Below are positions 23,001 through 29,926 of a stretch of 41,679 bases of DNA, one piece after another (within the stretch, counting starts at the first letter, position 1; every line of letters starts with the position of its first letter). The notes below the pieces were generated by a model. That model saw only the letters and a program-made list of their open reading frames with translations. It had not been told where the DNA came from and did no database searches. The DNA comes from a virus (lineage: Duplodnaviria > Caudoviricetes), in the IMG/VR virus record IMGVR_UViG_3300030059_002710, positions 1-41,679 of that record. One strand, 5' to 3'. The translations under genes and the position numbers were made by a program.

Positions 23001-23467
23001 TGGGAGATATAGTCCAAGGAATAAGTGATCAGATACAAGACAAACCATATGCTGATAGGGGGAAATCTCTTCCTGTCTTTGAGTTCTTTGGTGAGATAGG
23101 AAGGCAGTATGGGAAGTACACAACCTTAAAAGACCCAGAGAAAAAGCAGGAGGCTTTCATGAAGATGATGACACGTTTAGGGGAGTTAGTTACAGGGGGA
23201 AAAATTCCTATGTACAACCTACGCCGTATGTATATGAACTTAGAGAAAGCAGGTGAAGCAAAAGATGAAAGAGAGGCAGTGTTAAGACTACTTAACTATA
23301 GCGATTACGTTATTGAAGGCCCTGGAAGCGACAAAGATACCATGACTTTTGATCCAATCTCAACCGATGGGCGCAGTAGAGAGAGCCGAAGTAGAGAGAG
23401 CCGAGGAAGAGAGAGCCGTAGCAGAGAGAGCCGTAGCAGAGAGAGCCGTAGCAGAGAGAGCCGCTAA
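14051..23467 (+). CDS. Giant polyvalent virion (probably ejected) protein, 3138 aa
   Basis: Gly/Ala hydrophobic segments, acidic EADV repeats, a GrpE-like segment, zincin motif HEVFH (17081-17095) with downstream EEFLAE, KKPA repeats, a GNAT-like segment (LDNFDGRLTKMYEGQGFKVVAR), a long helical C-terminal region and an SRESR tail. Confidence 0.7.
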   Translation: MEDKLRKIFDLYVQQGLLTEGEASFEKWSKANDNQQEQLFKLGQKSGIFSKETPLESFSAIWGVKKKDESEPISQEEGMASTTPVVEEEPISSESSEVVDSSVTIPGGRRGDVVGQVPDEFGGGDITRFESGRRYRGQRSTREEEARDRSASLFDGRGGTVATGEKDTALERTFGKFGVTDFFGDIWRAGAKGIETGNTVDEALEVMYKGKEASSQDIQDYLDASEALAERGESDEMRSFNQAFEAAGGGAWGFLMGMWDSPTAVSEIAITSITQMANPASIAAAGAVVGAGTAGGAGIGALAGGVGAIPGAGIGAAASIPYAIGAAGATLEAGLSFSEFLQEEIGEKGLELDEAGVRAVFADPEAMLRIRMKAAGRGAVIGIIDGLTAGVAGKIGAGITKGGVATTKSLAKSKLKALAAGTVVEGIGGGLGEATARAVVGQEMDALEIGFEMVGGGPGSILSVGPTLLGKGKYAFGPDGAPMSREEMIAMVTDTDDATFAGAKLKIKGDPGLKLLAEERKTKLRKQAGIIQTMGTELDGLSPEGRKAAIELETELSEMGSPITRKGKASKKTLQDKLDSLYENDPGIAEELAVAEDVEAAQDDVSEEASDFEALMNEVSPSIEEDVEADVEADVEADVEADVEADVEADVETDVEADKSKLKRRTDKAKAEFNAATSIKDKAKALVRFLNNASISDSSVSREDMSWYEESKSDLEAEGYVFDGELGRKLGDGEIYDAEMKETSDNVPEGVTIVKSVVQPKRLVGGKMVGRPVYNVIIGTGTTTERVALAANVESLSMSLTPENREEVAPKLSAARQALKKYDSANFTSPVQTEINIEQDAIQESITEEVDVQEQTPDGQPMGEGDASGGTSIESESQTETAPTTTEEIELTAGFTKEGVEIKAPKRKGRKVNDSLTVLDQTEEDSHYGSKDFKDSNPGSNKNKHEKMLLGRAQKAVKAIQALFPGLNIVMHRSGATYKDHVGINSRGAFNPNTNTIHINMPQATGRTIGHEVFHAILKAKFGSEVSIQRATKLMIKSLRRGINKSTNLSKEQVLQLEKYSQLFEGDQTVVQDEEFLAEFVGLLAETYTKLEVPQQTIIKKWIVKVAKMLGIPSEDVLADSDRDVIDLLNTIAGKVTEGKEIAEADIKSLEKLKDKKKPATKKPVAKKPAAKKPATKKPSPPSEQQIKERSKRKQAEIKQGSPEQQRLKSRQEDKAGIKSAKEAGISVIPIEEHTKLEDKYSKRKSAFLKGGRRKIKFTYKGKEYSVLGIPGDLNSKSERTIKERFYIQDSKGKPVSHTSKLASAFTHALLENDGNIGAEAYRKQMLLPETSLVTDFTVEDKGIKTQAITAIEEGGSVNIGEASLIQKPDIKTQAMSFPSEPGPLSFVTEKDKVDIKSLIDNIVENDETVWFWTADQLGRGEYGDVVVDKQHYLDAGPSYALDPENRKKRAVWASGLGKGTLKKGVEKSDYIFIMSGSPQASMRFNKQVFSVLEERVNQAGGFGAFKEAVMESKPVKAVREVMEKHDSFDSLKKSPDRKKLLNSFAEVETKKDTPLKRTLEKFNAFLDMDSMRDSFYRDNDFKQNDIMLVLKPTEVGGESAHSTYTTDILGEVIGVPDVKIDAADIATGDARAKIDSLVEQTGKRRAVEAQVLAPYGTGPGKKIRKAPKQAAIKTQAIGEQASVDEYLSEQNFFQETSPFAWAVDEVGKETLQDSQIREYKGTFGVVTPDGDIKGLFNPNVARERKGKVAEKGTLKGLMPLLIEAGGKKLDNFDGRLTKMYEGQGFKVVARTPFNEEFAPEGWNKKDHGTPDVVAMVYDPEGNINVEEKTFDEYDDAMAYRDEAIDKPQQKTYDTILESEVSRSALKSILLSIRKSKPGSFAVDLLSDVIKENPIEDFNYDYLNDENLTYNSVIDMLVSEEIFSTTREAVDKLSVIGKGIVMKDIVDTSIKTQAIDGDIKTQVFNPQNTAEDIIKFGRENNFSDAAIKDYLVRVKKLPIRDKVKKGTKEVTEQGVDTLMALDSIPASFGNVKGGVKVGKKLFARVEKFRAKLIKENEKRKAGGKGMPPFSEAEIMDQTIEFLESQPAYIKEGTKQKMETDQQTQMIIDMQKSLGVNPTKGMNTRIRSMRQKMMDRRKGAKGLQAVKRELRNFIRQALPTIKGDTYSKSELMGFLGDVVKADKDNIDNLIEEVVDKVTTRQVKALDAKIESVLNGTYEVVQAGRLKGVKIDTDTRERLERIKDAVTNEAMTAEDIVESNLGLNEEYNALNEKPDQTDADRNKMVDLMTIMSINNSKLMEDVDIDKLESLSTAEELLLGIVGEGKQVLKEQMKIDHERYTSNLVRVYKTVTGETIDPSNPEVMQEAKDMLMDQKNRKESRAAEKGLKKYLRRLIEKISGFKKSSESVEGLMEIIAEAPGEILGGDARKIVYEGLNAGTRVYKKRMMEATKVIQDKVKEIYGKSWRNQSRVNSVRKDTGVYRTGGKEAIARAQAKYDANPTKLNKRNLAKVKESKTINLSPNEIAQQWQQYQDPANLPSFANEDNLYFGEDHARIMAELVETIGGEDGKILEMAKWQVEEFYPSMYPHLNEAYKKIYRTNMPWNVHYAGRIKREGVESEGIDLLGRKESFNTQIGAPSTKVRIKNAKPIQPMDMMGAMVTYTTDMEWFAAMGPTIRDIDKLFSNPLMRNAIENVAGESTMRLIDHHMKNIAARGVNTERGQDMVNAMNNMFATTRLGFSPNIAIKQLTSIPTYALDIGAGNYAYHAVKNKTEFLKVFNEIRNNSVYLQDRVSSDIRQVTESYSGKQDIDFVPKSASSWFMNTMMGFIKAGDITAIYLGGMPNYSFYKAEYMKANPNATEQQAIDHAIVKFESDTKSTQQSMDLQDKDFYQTSGPIARSFNLFKTSQKQYLRKEFSGLRNMRRGFRDGNMKQAAKGAVKFATFHAMMPVLFQFIASGLPGLMSDWDEEDGEDLIRAAVIGNFNSLFIVGDIVQGISDQIQDKPYADRGKSLPVFEFFGEIGRQYGKYTTLKDPEKKQEAFMKMMTRLGELVTGGKIPMYNLRRMYMNLEKAGEAKDEREAVLRLLNYSDYVIEGPGSDKDTMTFDPISTDGRSRESRSRESRGRESRSRESRSRESRSRESR
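15922..16024 (+). repeat. 12-bp coding tandem repeat (EADV, about 8 copies)
   Basis: GTAGA(A/G)GCAGA(C/T) units in frame in the giant protein. Confidence 0.9.
17516..17587 (+). repeat. 15-bp coding tandem repeat (KKPAT/KKPVA/KKPAA)
   Basis: AAGAAGCC(A/C)G(C/T)G(A/G)CC units. Confidence 0.85.
23372..23464 (+). repeat. 15-bp coding tandem repeat (SRESR, 6 copies) at the protein C-terminus
   Basis: AGAGAGAGCCG(T/A)AG(C/T)-type units. Confidence 0.9.
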
Positions 23468-23817
23468 AAGTTCTTAGAGTAGTTCTTCTGCTCAGCGGCA
23501 GACTTATGTATAAAGAATGCTTGGAACCCACTGACATGAGAGTCGGTGGGGAAGAAGTATCTCCATCCCTTAGACCTACCCTTAGCTATGTAGTAGCAGA
23601 AGGCTACGCCTATCTTGCCTGTACTCTTAACAAAGTTTATGACAGCGGTATGGTCAGACATAGGTACTACATCCTGAACCTGGAAGCTCTCGTTGTTTAC
23701 GTTACCTTCTCGGTCTGTGTTGGAGTATCGCTTGGCGATTTCTTCTGCGAATCTACGCAGCTCCTGAGCTATTTGTTTTTGCATTAGATTTATTTTTTTT
23801 TTCTGCTCGTCTTGCAT
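23464..23817 (-). CDS. Hypothetical protein
   Basis: 117-aa ORF, convergent with the giant gene and overlapping its stop. Confidence 0.6.
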   Translation of the reverse strand: MQDEQKKKINLMQKQIAQELRRFAEEIAKRYSNTDREGNVNNESFQVQDVVPMSDHTAVINFVKSTGKIGVAFCYYIAKGRSKGWRYFFPTDSHVSGFQAFFIHKSAAEQKNYSKNF

Positions 23818-24142
23818 GTGTTACGATGCGGTGACAGTTGGAACACCTTACCTCACACTTCTCTATCTCTTTCCGAAGGCTTTCTATACAGTAGCTTTGG
23901 TTTACCATATCTGCAACGGCACCCGTCTTATCTCCCCTCACATGATCGAAGTCTAATACGATAGGGTTTTTCTCCCCGCAGTCTACACAGTGTGACTGGC
24001 TTTTAACTTCGTGTATATACTTCCTGTTCCTCTTTCTCGTCAGGACATTCCTGACCTTTGCTTCATCCTTAAGCCTTTCCTTATTGGCTTGGTAGTATCT
24101 CTTCGCACATGCTACCTGATCTTCATTGTTTTTATATGCCAT
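23753..24142 (-). CDS. HNH endonuclease
   Basis: CVDCGE...LDFDHV...CEVRCSNCHR zinc/HNH signature. Confidence 0.8.
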   Translation of the reverse strand: MAYKNNEDQVACAKRYYQANKERLKDEAKVRNVLTRKRNRKYIHEVKSQSHCVDCGEKNPIVLDFDHVRGDKTGAVADMVNQSYCIESLRKEIEKCEVRCSNCHRIVTHARRAEKKNKSNAKTNSSGAA

Positions 24143-24156
24143 GGTGGTTTAGATTG

Positions 24157-24230
24157 TGATCCCACAGGGACTCGAACCCCGAACCGTCGCCTTAGAAGGG
24201 CGAAGCTCTATCCAGTTGAGCTACAGGACC
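24157..24230 (-). tRNA. tRNA-Arg (UCU)
   Basis: GGTCCTG-TA-GCTC AACTGGATA GAGC-T-TCGCC CT TCT AA GGCGA-CGGTT-CGGGG TTCGAGT CCCTG-TGGGATC-A; canonical cloverleaf with three G-U pairs in the acceptor stem and no encoded CCA. Confidence 0.9.
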
Positions 24231-24233
24231 AGG

Positions 24234-24425
24234 TTATATTTCATCAGATAAAGACTGTATGAGATCAGCCAAAACCTTTATGAGTGATTGAGCCTGGTCT
24301 TTAGCTTCGTCATATTCCCTATCCATCAAGGACTCATATAGTATATCAGCAAAGTCATGCACCTCATTAGACACATAGTTAATGTGCTTTATCGCTTCCT
24401 CGTCCTCTGGTGATACTCCTTGCAT
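24234..24425 (-). CDS. Hypothetical protein
   Basis: 63 aa, translationally coupled to the upstream gene. Confidence 0.6.
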   Translation of the reverse strand: MQGVSPEDEEAIKHINYVSNEVHDFADILYESLMDREYDEAKDQAQSLIKVLADLIQSLSDEI

Positions 24426-24676
24426 TATTCCTTATCCATTAATATTAAGAAGGAACTGCCCATTGAATGGTCTACCTTCTGAATAGCCTCGTAAATTTTG
24501 CGAGACTTATTTGTTACCTCCTCTTTCTCTGACCGCAGAGAGTCGGTGCCTAAATTAGTATACATACTACAGTCCATCTGTAGTAAGGTGTCAACCTTGT
24601 TTTTGTCAGTCCAAGTAGCGTGCTCTAATATATTTTCTATCTCTTCGAAAGAATATTCACAGGATGATTGTCTCAT
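24425..24676 (-). CDS. Hypothetical protein
   Basis: 83 aa, tight operon spacing. Confidence 0.6.
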   Translation of the reverse strand: MRQSSCEYSFEEIENILEHATWTDKNKVDTLLQMDCSMYTNLGTDSLRSEKEEVTNKSRKIYEAIQKVDHSMGSSFLILMDKE

Positions 24677-24679
24677 ATC

Positions 24680-25111
24680 TTAATGATTTAAAACTTGTCT
24701 TTGTAAAGATTTCATCTCGGCTTGAAGATCTATCATAGACAAATTTAACAAATTATACTGTTCCGATAGCCTCTTTATATGTTTTTTTAATTCAAGAGGT
24801 TTGAAATCCTCGTACTCCCCAGACTCTCTTGCCCATAACCCCTTGATTATATTGTAGTTATGTGACATATGTCGATCGAACTTAATCATGTAAGGGAAGT
24901 CATTATAGCTATGTAGGATAGTGGCGTGGTTTTTACCAAATGATTGTCCAATAGCGGTGTATGTAAAATACATCTCATCTCTCATTATTTTATAACATAT
25001 AGCCCTACCTTTTATTAAAGCGTCAGCCCTTCTGGGGCTATCAACGTCTATATCTAATACAGAATTAACTATCTCCTTTAGGGCTATAGTTTTCGCGGTG
25101 TTCTTCTTCAT
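24680..25111 (-). CDS. DnaA domain IV (Bac_DnaA_C)-like HTH protein
   Basis: RRADALIKGRAICYKIMR...TYTAIGQSFGKNHATILHS matches the DnaA C-terminal pattern R..A.YL.R...S...IG..FG.RDH.TV.H. Confidence 0.7.
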   Translation of the reverse strand: MKKNTAKTIALKEIVNSVLDIDVDSPRRADALIKGRAICYKIMRDEMYFTYTAIGQSFGKNHATILHSYNDFPYMIKFDRHMSHNYNIIKGLWARESGEYEDFKPLELKKHIKRLSEQYNLLNLSMIDLQAEMKSLQRQVLNH

Positions 25112-25436
25112 TTTTATTTGATTTAATATATAAGTTTAAATTTATTAGGTCTAAGTATTCATCCATAGATATAAGACTTACGTTAGCAAGAAGCACAACC
25201 TCCTCATCGACACGTAGTATTTCAATAGAGAAGGGAGTAGGTCCATCTACAGGGTCCTCCACTATGCCTCCTACATAATGCGTGGTAAGAGGTTCCGAAG
25301 GAACTAACATCGAACCATGCTCTATCTCTTTGGCAATCAATATACTTGTACGTATACCCAGCTCATCCATGCTATCTAAGAACTCATCTGAGATCTCGTA
25401 GTACTTATCCTCTGTAGACTTCTGTTCTAATTCCAT
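25065..25436 (-). CDS. Hypothetical protein
   Basis: 123-aa acidic ORF overlapping its neighbours. Confidence 0.55.
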   Translation of the reverse strand: MELEQKSTEDKYYEISDEFLDSMDELGIRTSILIAKEIEHGSMLVPSEPLTTHYVGGIVEDPVDGPTPFSIEILRVDEEVVLLANVSLISMDEYLDLINLNLYIKSNKNEEEHRENYSPKGDS

Positions 25437-25644
25437 GTTGGTTTAATTCTTTTAATCTATACTCTTGTAAACGAGAGAGCTTCCCCGTTGGCCTCTTAAC
25501 TTCTGAGAACAAAACCCCACAGTCAGGAGGTATCGCTACAAGATCCGGTATACCATTCTTGTTTGTTTTAATTAATTTAAGTACGTAGTATCCTTCAGAC
25601 TCTAATTGCTTGATACGTTTAGATTGGATTTGTTGCTCCGTCAT
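25405..25644 (-). CDS. VRR-NUC domain nuclease
   Basis: MTEQQIQ...GIPDL...FSEVKRPTGKLSRLQ, a PD-(D/E)XK VRR-NUC signature. Confidence 0.85.
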   Translation of the reverse strand: MTEQQIQSKRIKQLESEGYYVLKLIKTNKNGIPDLVAIPPDCGVLFSEVKRPTGKLSRLQEYRLKELNQHGIRTEVYRG

Positions 25645-25646
25645 TA

Positions 25647-26879
25647 TTACAAAGTTAACAAATCTCTTTTGAAATGATTGAGAGTATAGTCTTTCTTTTT
25701 TATAACAGCCTTATAGATCTCACTTTCTATCCCGCCTTTACTGAAGATCCAGTACACATCATTCTTCAGACGGTCCTTGGTAGTCATGCGATCTCGGCTC
25801 TGCCAATATGAGGTGGCGCTGAAGTCTATGTTGTAGTACACTAAAGCTTTTGCATGGCGTAAGCTTATCCCCTCCCTTCCGCTAACGATTTGAAGAGCGA
25901 TGTTTTTAGAGCCAGCATTGAACTCTTCCAGCTCCGTGCATAGGTCATCACCAAACACCTGCTTTAAAGCGTTCAGCTCCTCTTTAAACTTATAGAAGAT
26001 GCCGATCTTTAAACCATCGAATCGCTCCTTAATAAACTTTGCCTTGGAGTCATCAATCACCATAGACTTTCCGCTCTCAAACTTAATCGTTCCACTGCAC
26101 AACTGATGTACCTTAGTCATAAGCTTTACAGCTGTGTCGGCTAAGACCACCTCAGACTCACCCTCTATTACTAAGTCTTTCTTTAATCTTTTAATAAGAT
26201 TGTATGTCGTAGGCTTTAGATCAACCTCCAATGTATGCTCCTGTGTATCAACTACAAAACCCGCGTCCTTCTGGGTGAAGCGTATGGTGTACGGCTTCAT
26301 CTCCTCGATGATCTTCTCGGACCCGCGAGAGTAGTCGTTGATAAACATCCCCCCTACTTTTATCTTAGTAACCTGGACATACTCATGAGCAAATTTATAA
26401 AAGCTTTTGTGCCTACGGAAGGGATTGTTGGGTATGCAGTACACCTGATGGTACATCTGAGAGTATGCCTCGGGAGTAGGGGTCCCGCTAAGGAGGATAA
26501 CGTAAGGGTTGCTATGGAAAACAAATGCCTTAAACTTCTTTGCCCTACCACTTGGTTTAGGGAAAGCCCCCATGCCATGAGCCTCGTCAGCTACAATTAA
26601 ATCCCACCCTTTAGTAGAAATTTTATGCAAGGACTCGTAGTTAATTACGGTCAGGTTAAACTCTGGGTTGAGTAGCTCATAGTCAGACTCGATACTGGAG
26701 ATAGCTTTCTTCTTGGTTATAAACAATACGTTGTTAACTCCCAGCTCCTGACATATACCTAAACTTGTAAGGGTCTTTCCCGTGCGCACCTCCATAGCTA
26801 AGTAAAGGAAGCGGTGCTTTTTTATAACACCTAACCCTTTGTGGATGATGTCCTCCTGATAATCTCTGAACTCTATCAT
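25647..26879 (-). CDS. SF2 (SNF2-like) helicase
   Basis: FRDYQ, RTGKT, DEAH, LSGTP, GREGISL and YWQSRDR motifs. Confidence 0.85.
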   Translation of the reverse strand: MIEFRDYQEDIIHKGLGVIKKHRFLYLAMEVRTGKTLTSLGICQELGVNNVLFITKKKAISSIESDYELLNPEFNLTVINYESLHKISTKGWDLIVADEAHGMGAFPKPSGRAKKFKAFVFHSNPYVILLSGTPTPEAYSQMYHQVYCIPNNPFRRHKSFYKFAHEYVQVTKIKVGGMFINDYSRGSEKIIEEMKPYTIRFTQKDAGFVVDTQEHTLEVDLKPTTYNLIKRLKKDLVIEGESEVVLADTAVKLMTKVHQLCSGTIKFESGKSMVIDDSKAKFIKERFDGLKIGIFYKFKEELNALKQVFGDDLCTELEEFNAGSKNIALQIVSGREGISLRHAKALVYYNIDFSATSYWQSRDRMTTKDRLKNDVYWIFSKGGIESEIYKAVIKKKDYTLNHFKRDLLTL

Positions 26880-29284
26880 ACCAGTGTGGTTTGTGTTTCG
26901 TAATAATCCTTGCTAACAAACTCAATCCACTTACCCCCTTGATCCCTACCTTCTAAAGGTTGACACTTAAACTTATAGTGAGAGTAAGAAACCAGCCATT
27001 TGTTAAACCTCTGTCTTGAGATAGTCATCTTCGATTTTGGACCGAAGTCTGGGTAGTCCTCAGTGAAGACAAAGTATAAATCATTCTTCATAAGCTTATC
27101 ACCCTGCCGTAAGAAAGGGTTAGAGCTACCATCCAGAAGCCCACACCACTCAAGAAATTCATGAGCCGTTTCAGCAGAGAGACGACGTAACTCAAGGTTA
27201 ACGAACGAACTCTTAAGGAGACCCATATCTAAATACATTTGTAGGCACTCGATCATGAAGTTATCGAACTGACACCACTCGTCGTCATCCCACTCGGCAA
27301 AGAAATGTTTCCCGAACTCCACTAACGGAGTGAACTCTTTGGTATAGTACTGAGATAACTCTAACTCCCACTTACGTCTCTCAAAAGAACTACCCTTACC
27401 TCGTATAGCATAGTTGGTAGTGAGTGCAATCTTAGGAGACTTACTGAAGGGAATCTTAATAGCATCCTTGTTCTTCTTCTCTAACGTGAGACCCTCCGTT
27501 ACCACACTGAACAATCTTTCGAAGTCAAAGTATTTCTTTACATCATCGAAGCAAAGTATCTGTGTGTCCGCAGAGACTAACTGATAAGCAAACGACTTCT
27601 CAAAGTTAAAAGCTTTACCATCGATCACGACTAACTTTTTCATTTGAGAGAGAGCCTTCATAAACAATCCTTTTCCCGTTCCCCCTTCCGGGTTGTCCGA
27701 GATAACCTCATCGTTAAGTATAACAGCGGGGCAGTACGATAGGTTCTTGTACCCATGCATCATATAACCTATGGTGCTATACATAGATTTGATACGCTCG
27801 TCTGTGCCTCCAGAGATATTCTGTATAAAAGTTTGGAAGTCGCACTCCCCTACCTTACACATAATAAACTTCCTGTCTATGACATGGTCCTTCCATACGT
27901 ACCCACCAAGATCGATGTAGTCTATAGGCACAACTTTGGTTTGCGTAATCTTCACCGCACAATTTCTATAGTATAGATACGAGGTGTCAGCAGTGTCCTC
28001 AATAAAGAACACATCTATAGAGGAGAGAAGGGTAAGGAACTCCTCGCGGAAATACCTTGTACACTCCGCAAAGTAATTGTATATACTTAGATCGTCCTGC
28101 TCCAAGAGGTAGTCGAGAACAAAATCTTTTATCTCTTTCTCTGAGGTGTGATCTATAAGGTTGTTGGTTACACGAACAAAGACGTAGCTCTTGCTACCCT
28201 CGGGGTTGAATTTATAGAAGCCATGTTCCTCTAAGAATTGTTTGAATACGATGTGGATAATTTTTATCACACCCTTCTCTGACTTAACCCAGAACTTCTG
28301 TGTGGTATCCTCTCCCTCGATGCGGTCTATCACCCTCTCTATATTTTCAATCTCAACGTTGTCCTCTTCAAGCTGATGCTTAACCTCCTTCTTGGACACA
28401 CCTCTTCTAAGCTTTTGTTTAATCTGATTCACCTTATCCTCGTCCTCATAATACTTGGTCCCGAAGTTTTGTTTCTGAGCATACGCAGAGTCGATGGTTC
28501 TTTGGATCTCAGACGCGGGGAAAGATTCAGAGGCGTAGTTAGACATGACATACTCCGAGAGGTTTTGGTTGACCCCGAAGTCATTGAAAGCTGATGCCAA
28601 GATATAGACATTGTTATTTCTCTCTCCGCTTTTCATCCCATACTTCTTATCCCACCACTTGAGAAGTATCTCTACAATTTTATTCTCATTAGTGATAGGT
28701 ATAGTAGGGCGGTCCTGATGTTTGACTACCTCCTGGAACGTAGCTTCCTCAATCTTATCCCATAGGCTGGATATCTCATTGACGTATATCAATGGATCGT
28801 ATGACTCGTAGCAAACACGAGAGATATTCTTCGAGGTGGTATCGAAGTTGGGGCTATTGAAGTAACTCTGTAAAGAATTGAAGTAGTTCTTGTGGTTGTC
28901 TGAGTCTTCAGGTATCTTAACTAAAGCCTTTAAACCATTTCCACTTGGAGAGATAAAGACTGAGTACACATACTTATCTTTTGAAAGGCGCTCCTTCTCC
29001 TGAAGCATATCTTTTGTAGACTTATATCCATCGAAGTCTAAACAGATAAGACCACTATGTTTTATGAGAGCATTGTCCATACGTTTAGTAAACGTTCCAC
29101 TAAAACATATAGCGGGTAAGGATTGCTTCAGAAGATTCCTCTTCGTCTTATCGCTCTCGGACCGGATGCCCTTAACTAATTCTTTGCTCGATCCTTCTTG
29201 GATTCTCTTAAGCATTACCGTTACCTCTCTATAAAAAGGTTGGGATGTTTCTTTTATATCTTTAAATATGGTGACTTCCAACAT
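26876..29284 (-). CDS. Primase-helicase-like replication protein (VirE-N/BT4734-like N-terminus, primase C-terminal region, P-loop NTPase)
   Basis: KQSLPAICFSG, SGLICLDFD, FISPSGNGLK, SRVCYESYDP; GERNNNVYILA; GGTGKGL Walker A, CFDDV Walker B, LTTN. Confidence 0.8.
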   Translation of the reverse strand: MLEVTIFKDIKETSQPFYREVTVMLKRIQEGSSKELVKGIRSESDKTKRNLLKQSLPAICFSGTFTKRMDNALIKHSGLICLDFDGYKSTKDMLQEKERLSKDKYVYSVFISPSGNGLKALVKIPEDSDNHKNYFNSLQSYFNSPNFDTTSKNISRVCYESYDPLIYVNEISSLWDKIEEATFQEVVKHQDRPTIPITNENKIVEILLKWWDKKYGMKSGERNNNVYILASAFNDFGVNQNLSEYVMSNYASESFPASEIQRTIDSAYAQKQNFGTKYYEDEDKVNQIKQKLRRGVSKKEVKHQLEEDNVEIENIERVIDRIEGEDTTQKFWVKSEKGVIKIIHIVFKQFLEEHGFYKFNPEGSKSYVFVRVTNNLIDHTSEKEIKDFVLDYLLEQDDLSIYNYFAECTRYFREEFLTLLSSIDVFFIEDTADTSYLYYRNCAVKITQTKVVPIDYIDLGGYVWKDHVIDRKFIMCKVGECDFQTFIQNISGGTDERIKSMYSTIGYMMHGYKNLSYCPAVILNDEVISDNPEGGTGKGLFMKALSQMKKLVVIDGKAFNFEKSFAYQLVSADTQILCFDDVKKYFDFERLFSVVTEGLTLEKKNKDAIKIPFSKSPKIALTTNYAIRGKGSSFERRKWELELSQYYTKEFTPLVEFGKHFFAEWDDDEWCQFDNFMIECLQMYLDMGLLKSSFVNLELRRLSAETAHEFLEWCGLLDGSSNPFLRQGDKLMKNDLYFVFTEDYPDFGPKSKMTISRQRFNKWLVSYSHYKFKCQPLEGRDQGGKWIEFVSKDYYETQTTLV

Positions 29285-29351
29285 TTTTGTGCTGATTTTG
29301 TGCTGATTTAATTTTTGTAACTAACTAACTACTAACTATATATATATTTTT

Positions 29352-29457
29352 ATGTTGAAATGCTCAAAAGAAAGTAATATATATAGATATAATAATAAGT
29401 AAATATATATTTTACTATAGGGTAGAGTATTTAGAATTGAAGTGAGCATTTGAGCAT
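29352..29457. other. Origin-like element 1: paired inverted octamers flanking an AT-rich core
   Basis: ATGTTGAA ATGCTCAA...[AT-rich]...GTGAGCAT TTGAGCAT, upstream of the primase-helicase gene. Confidence 0.5.
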
Positions 29458-29464
29458 AGCATAG

Positions 29465-29495
29465 AGAAAAGAAAGGGGACGCGAAGTCCCCCTTC
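29465..29495 (-). terminator. Intrinsic terminator
   Basis: On the - strand GAAGGGGGAC-TTCGC-GTCCCCTTTC followed by TTTT, after the SSB-like gene. Confidence 0.7.
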
Positions 29496-29513
29496 AATAT
29501 CATCTGACTTAAC

Positions 29514-29771
29514 TTAGAAAGGCATATCAGCTACCGCTGATGGTTCTTCCTTCTTAGCCTCTGGCTTGAACGTATCTACGGCTACGTAGTGCGTCTTACC
29601 ATACTCATCTGCTCCATCCTTCTTAGCGGAGACGTTTAACTTAATGTACTTCTTCCCATTGTACTCGAACATATGTTCTTGTGGTAGGTCAGACAAACAT
29701 AAACTACATGAGATTAAATTCCCATCAAACTTGGAAGTTCCACTTCCGACAAAGATCTTTTCTTCTGCCAT
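29514..29771 (-). CDS. Small ssDNA-binding-like protein
   Basis: 85 aa, beta-rich, acidic tail ending DMPF as in SSB C-termini; next to the exonuclease and annealing-protein genes. Confidence 0.5.
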   Translation of the reverse strand: MAEEKIFVGSGTSKFDGNLISCSLCLSDLPQEHMFEYNGKKYIKLNVSAKKDGADEYGKTHYVAVDTFKPEAKKEEPSAVADMPF

Positions 29772-29773
29772 GA

Positions 29774-29926
29774 TTAAAATGATTTATAAATAATACGTTC
29801 CAACTTGTTCATTGTAGCTTCCATGAGACGATCTCTGTCCGCTCGTGAGGTAAGGTTGGTTGGAACTTTCAACCAGACCGCACGTTTATTATTTCTTCTA
29901 AAGAATTTCTTTATGAATGTAATCAT
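29774..29926 (-). CDS. Small hypothetical protein (50 aa; not in ORF track)
   Basis: MITFIKKFFRRNNKRAVWLKVPTNLTSRADRDRLMEATMNKLERIIYKSF fills the gap between flanking genes. Confidence 0.5.
   Translation of the reverse strand: MITFIKKFFRRNNKRAVWLKVPTNLTSRADRDRLMEATMNKLERIIYKSF

Noticed and set aside
14051-23467. crAss-type virion RNA polymerase
   Set aside because: I found no DxDxD catalytic motif of the DFDID/DFDGD type. The recognisable motifs are zincin, GNAT-like and low-complexity, and host-type promoters are used.
14272-23537. Numerous antisense ORFs inside the giant gene, and similar shadow ORFs inside other long genes
   Set aside because: They lie wholly opposite well-supported genes, have Ser/Phe/Leu-rich mirror composition and lack start contexts.
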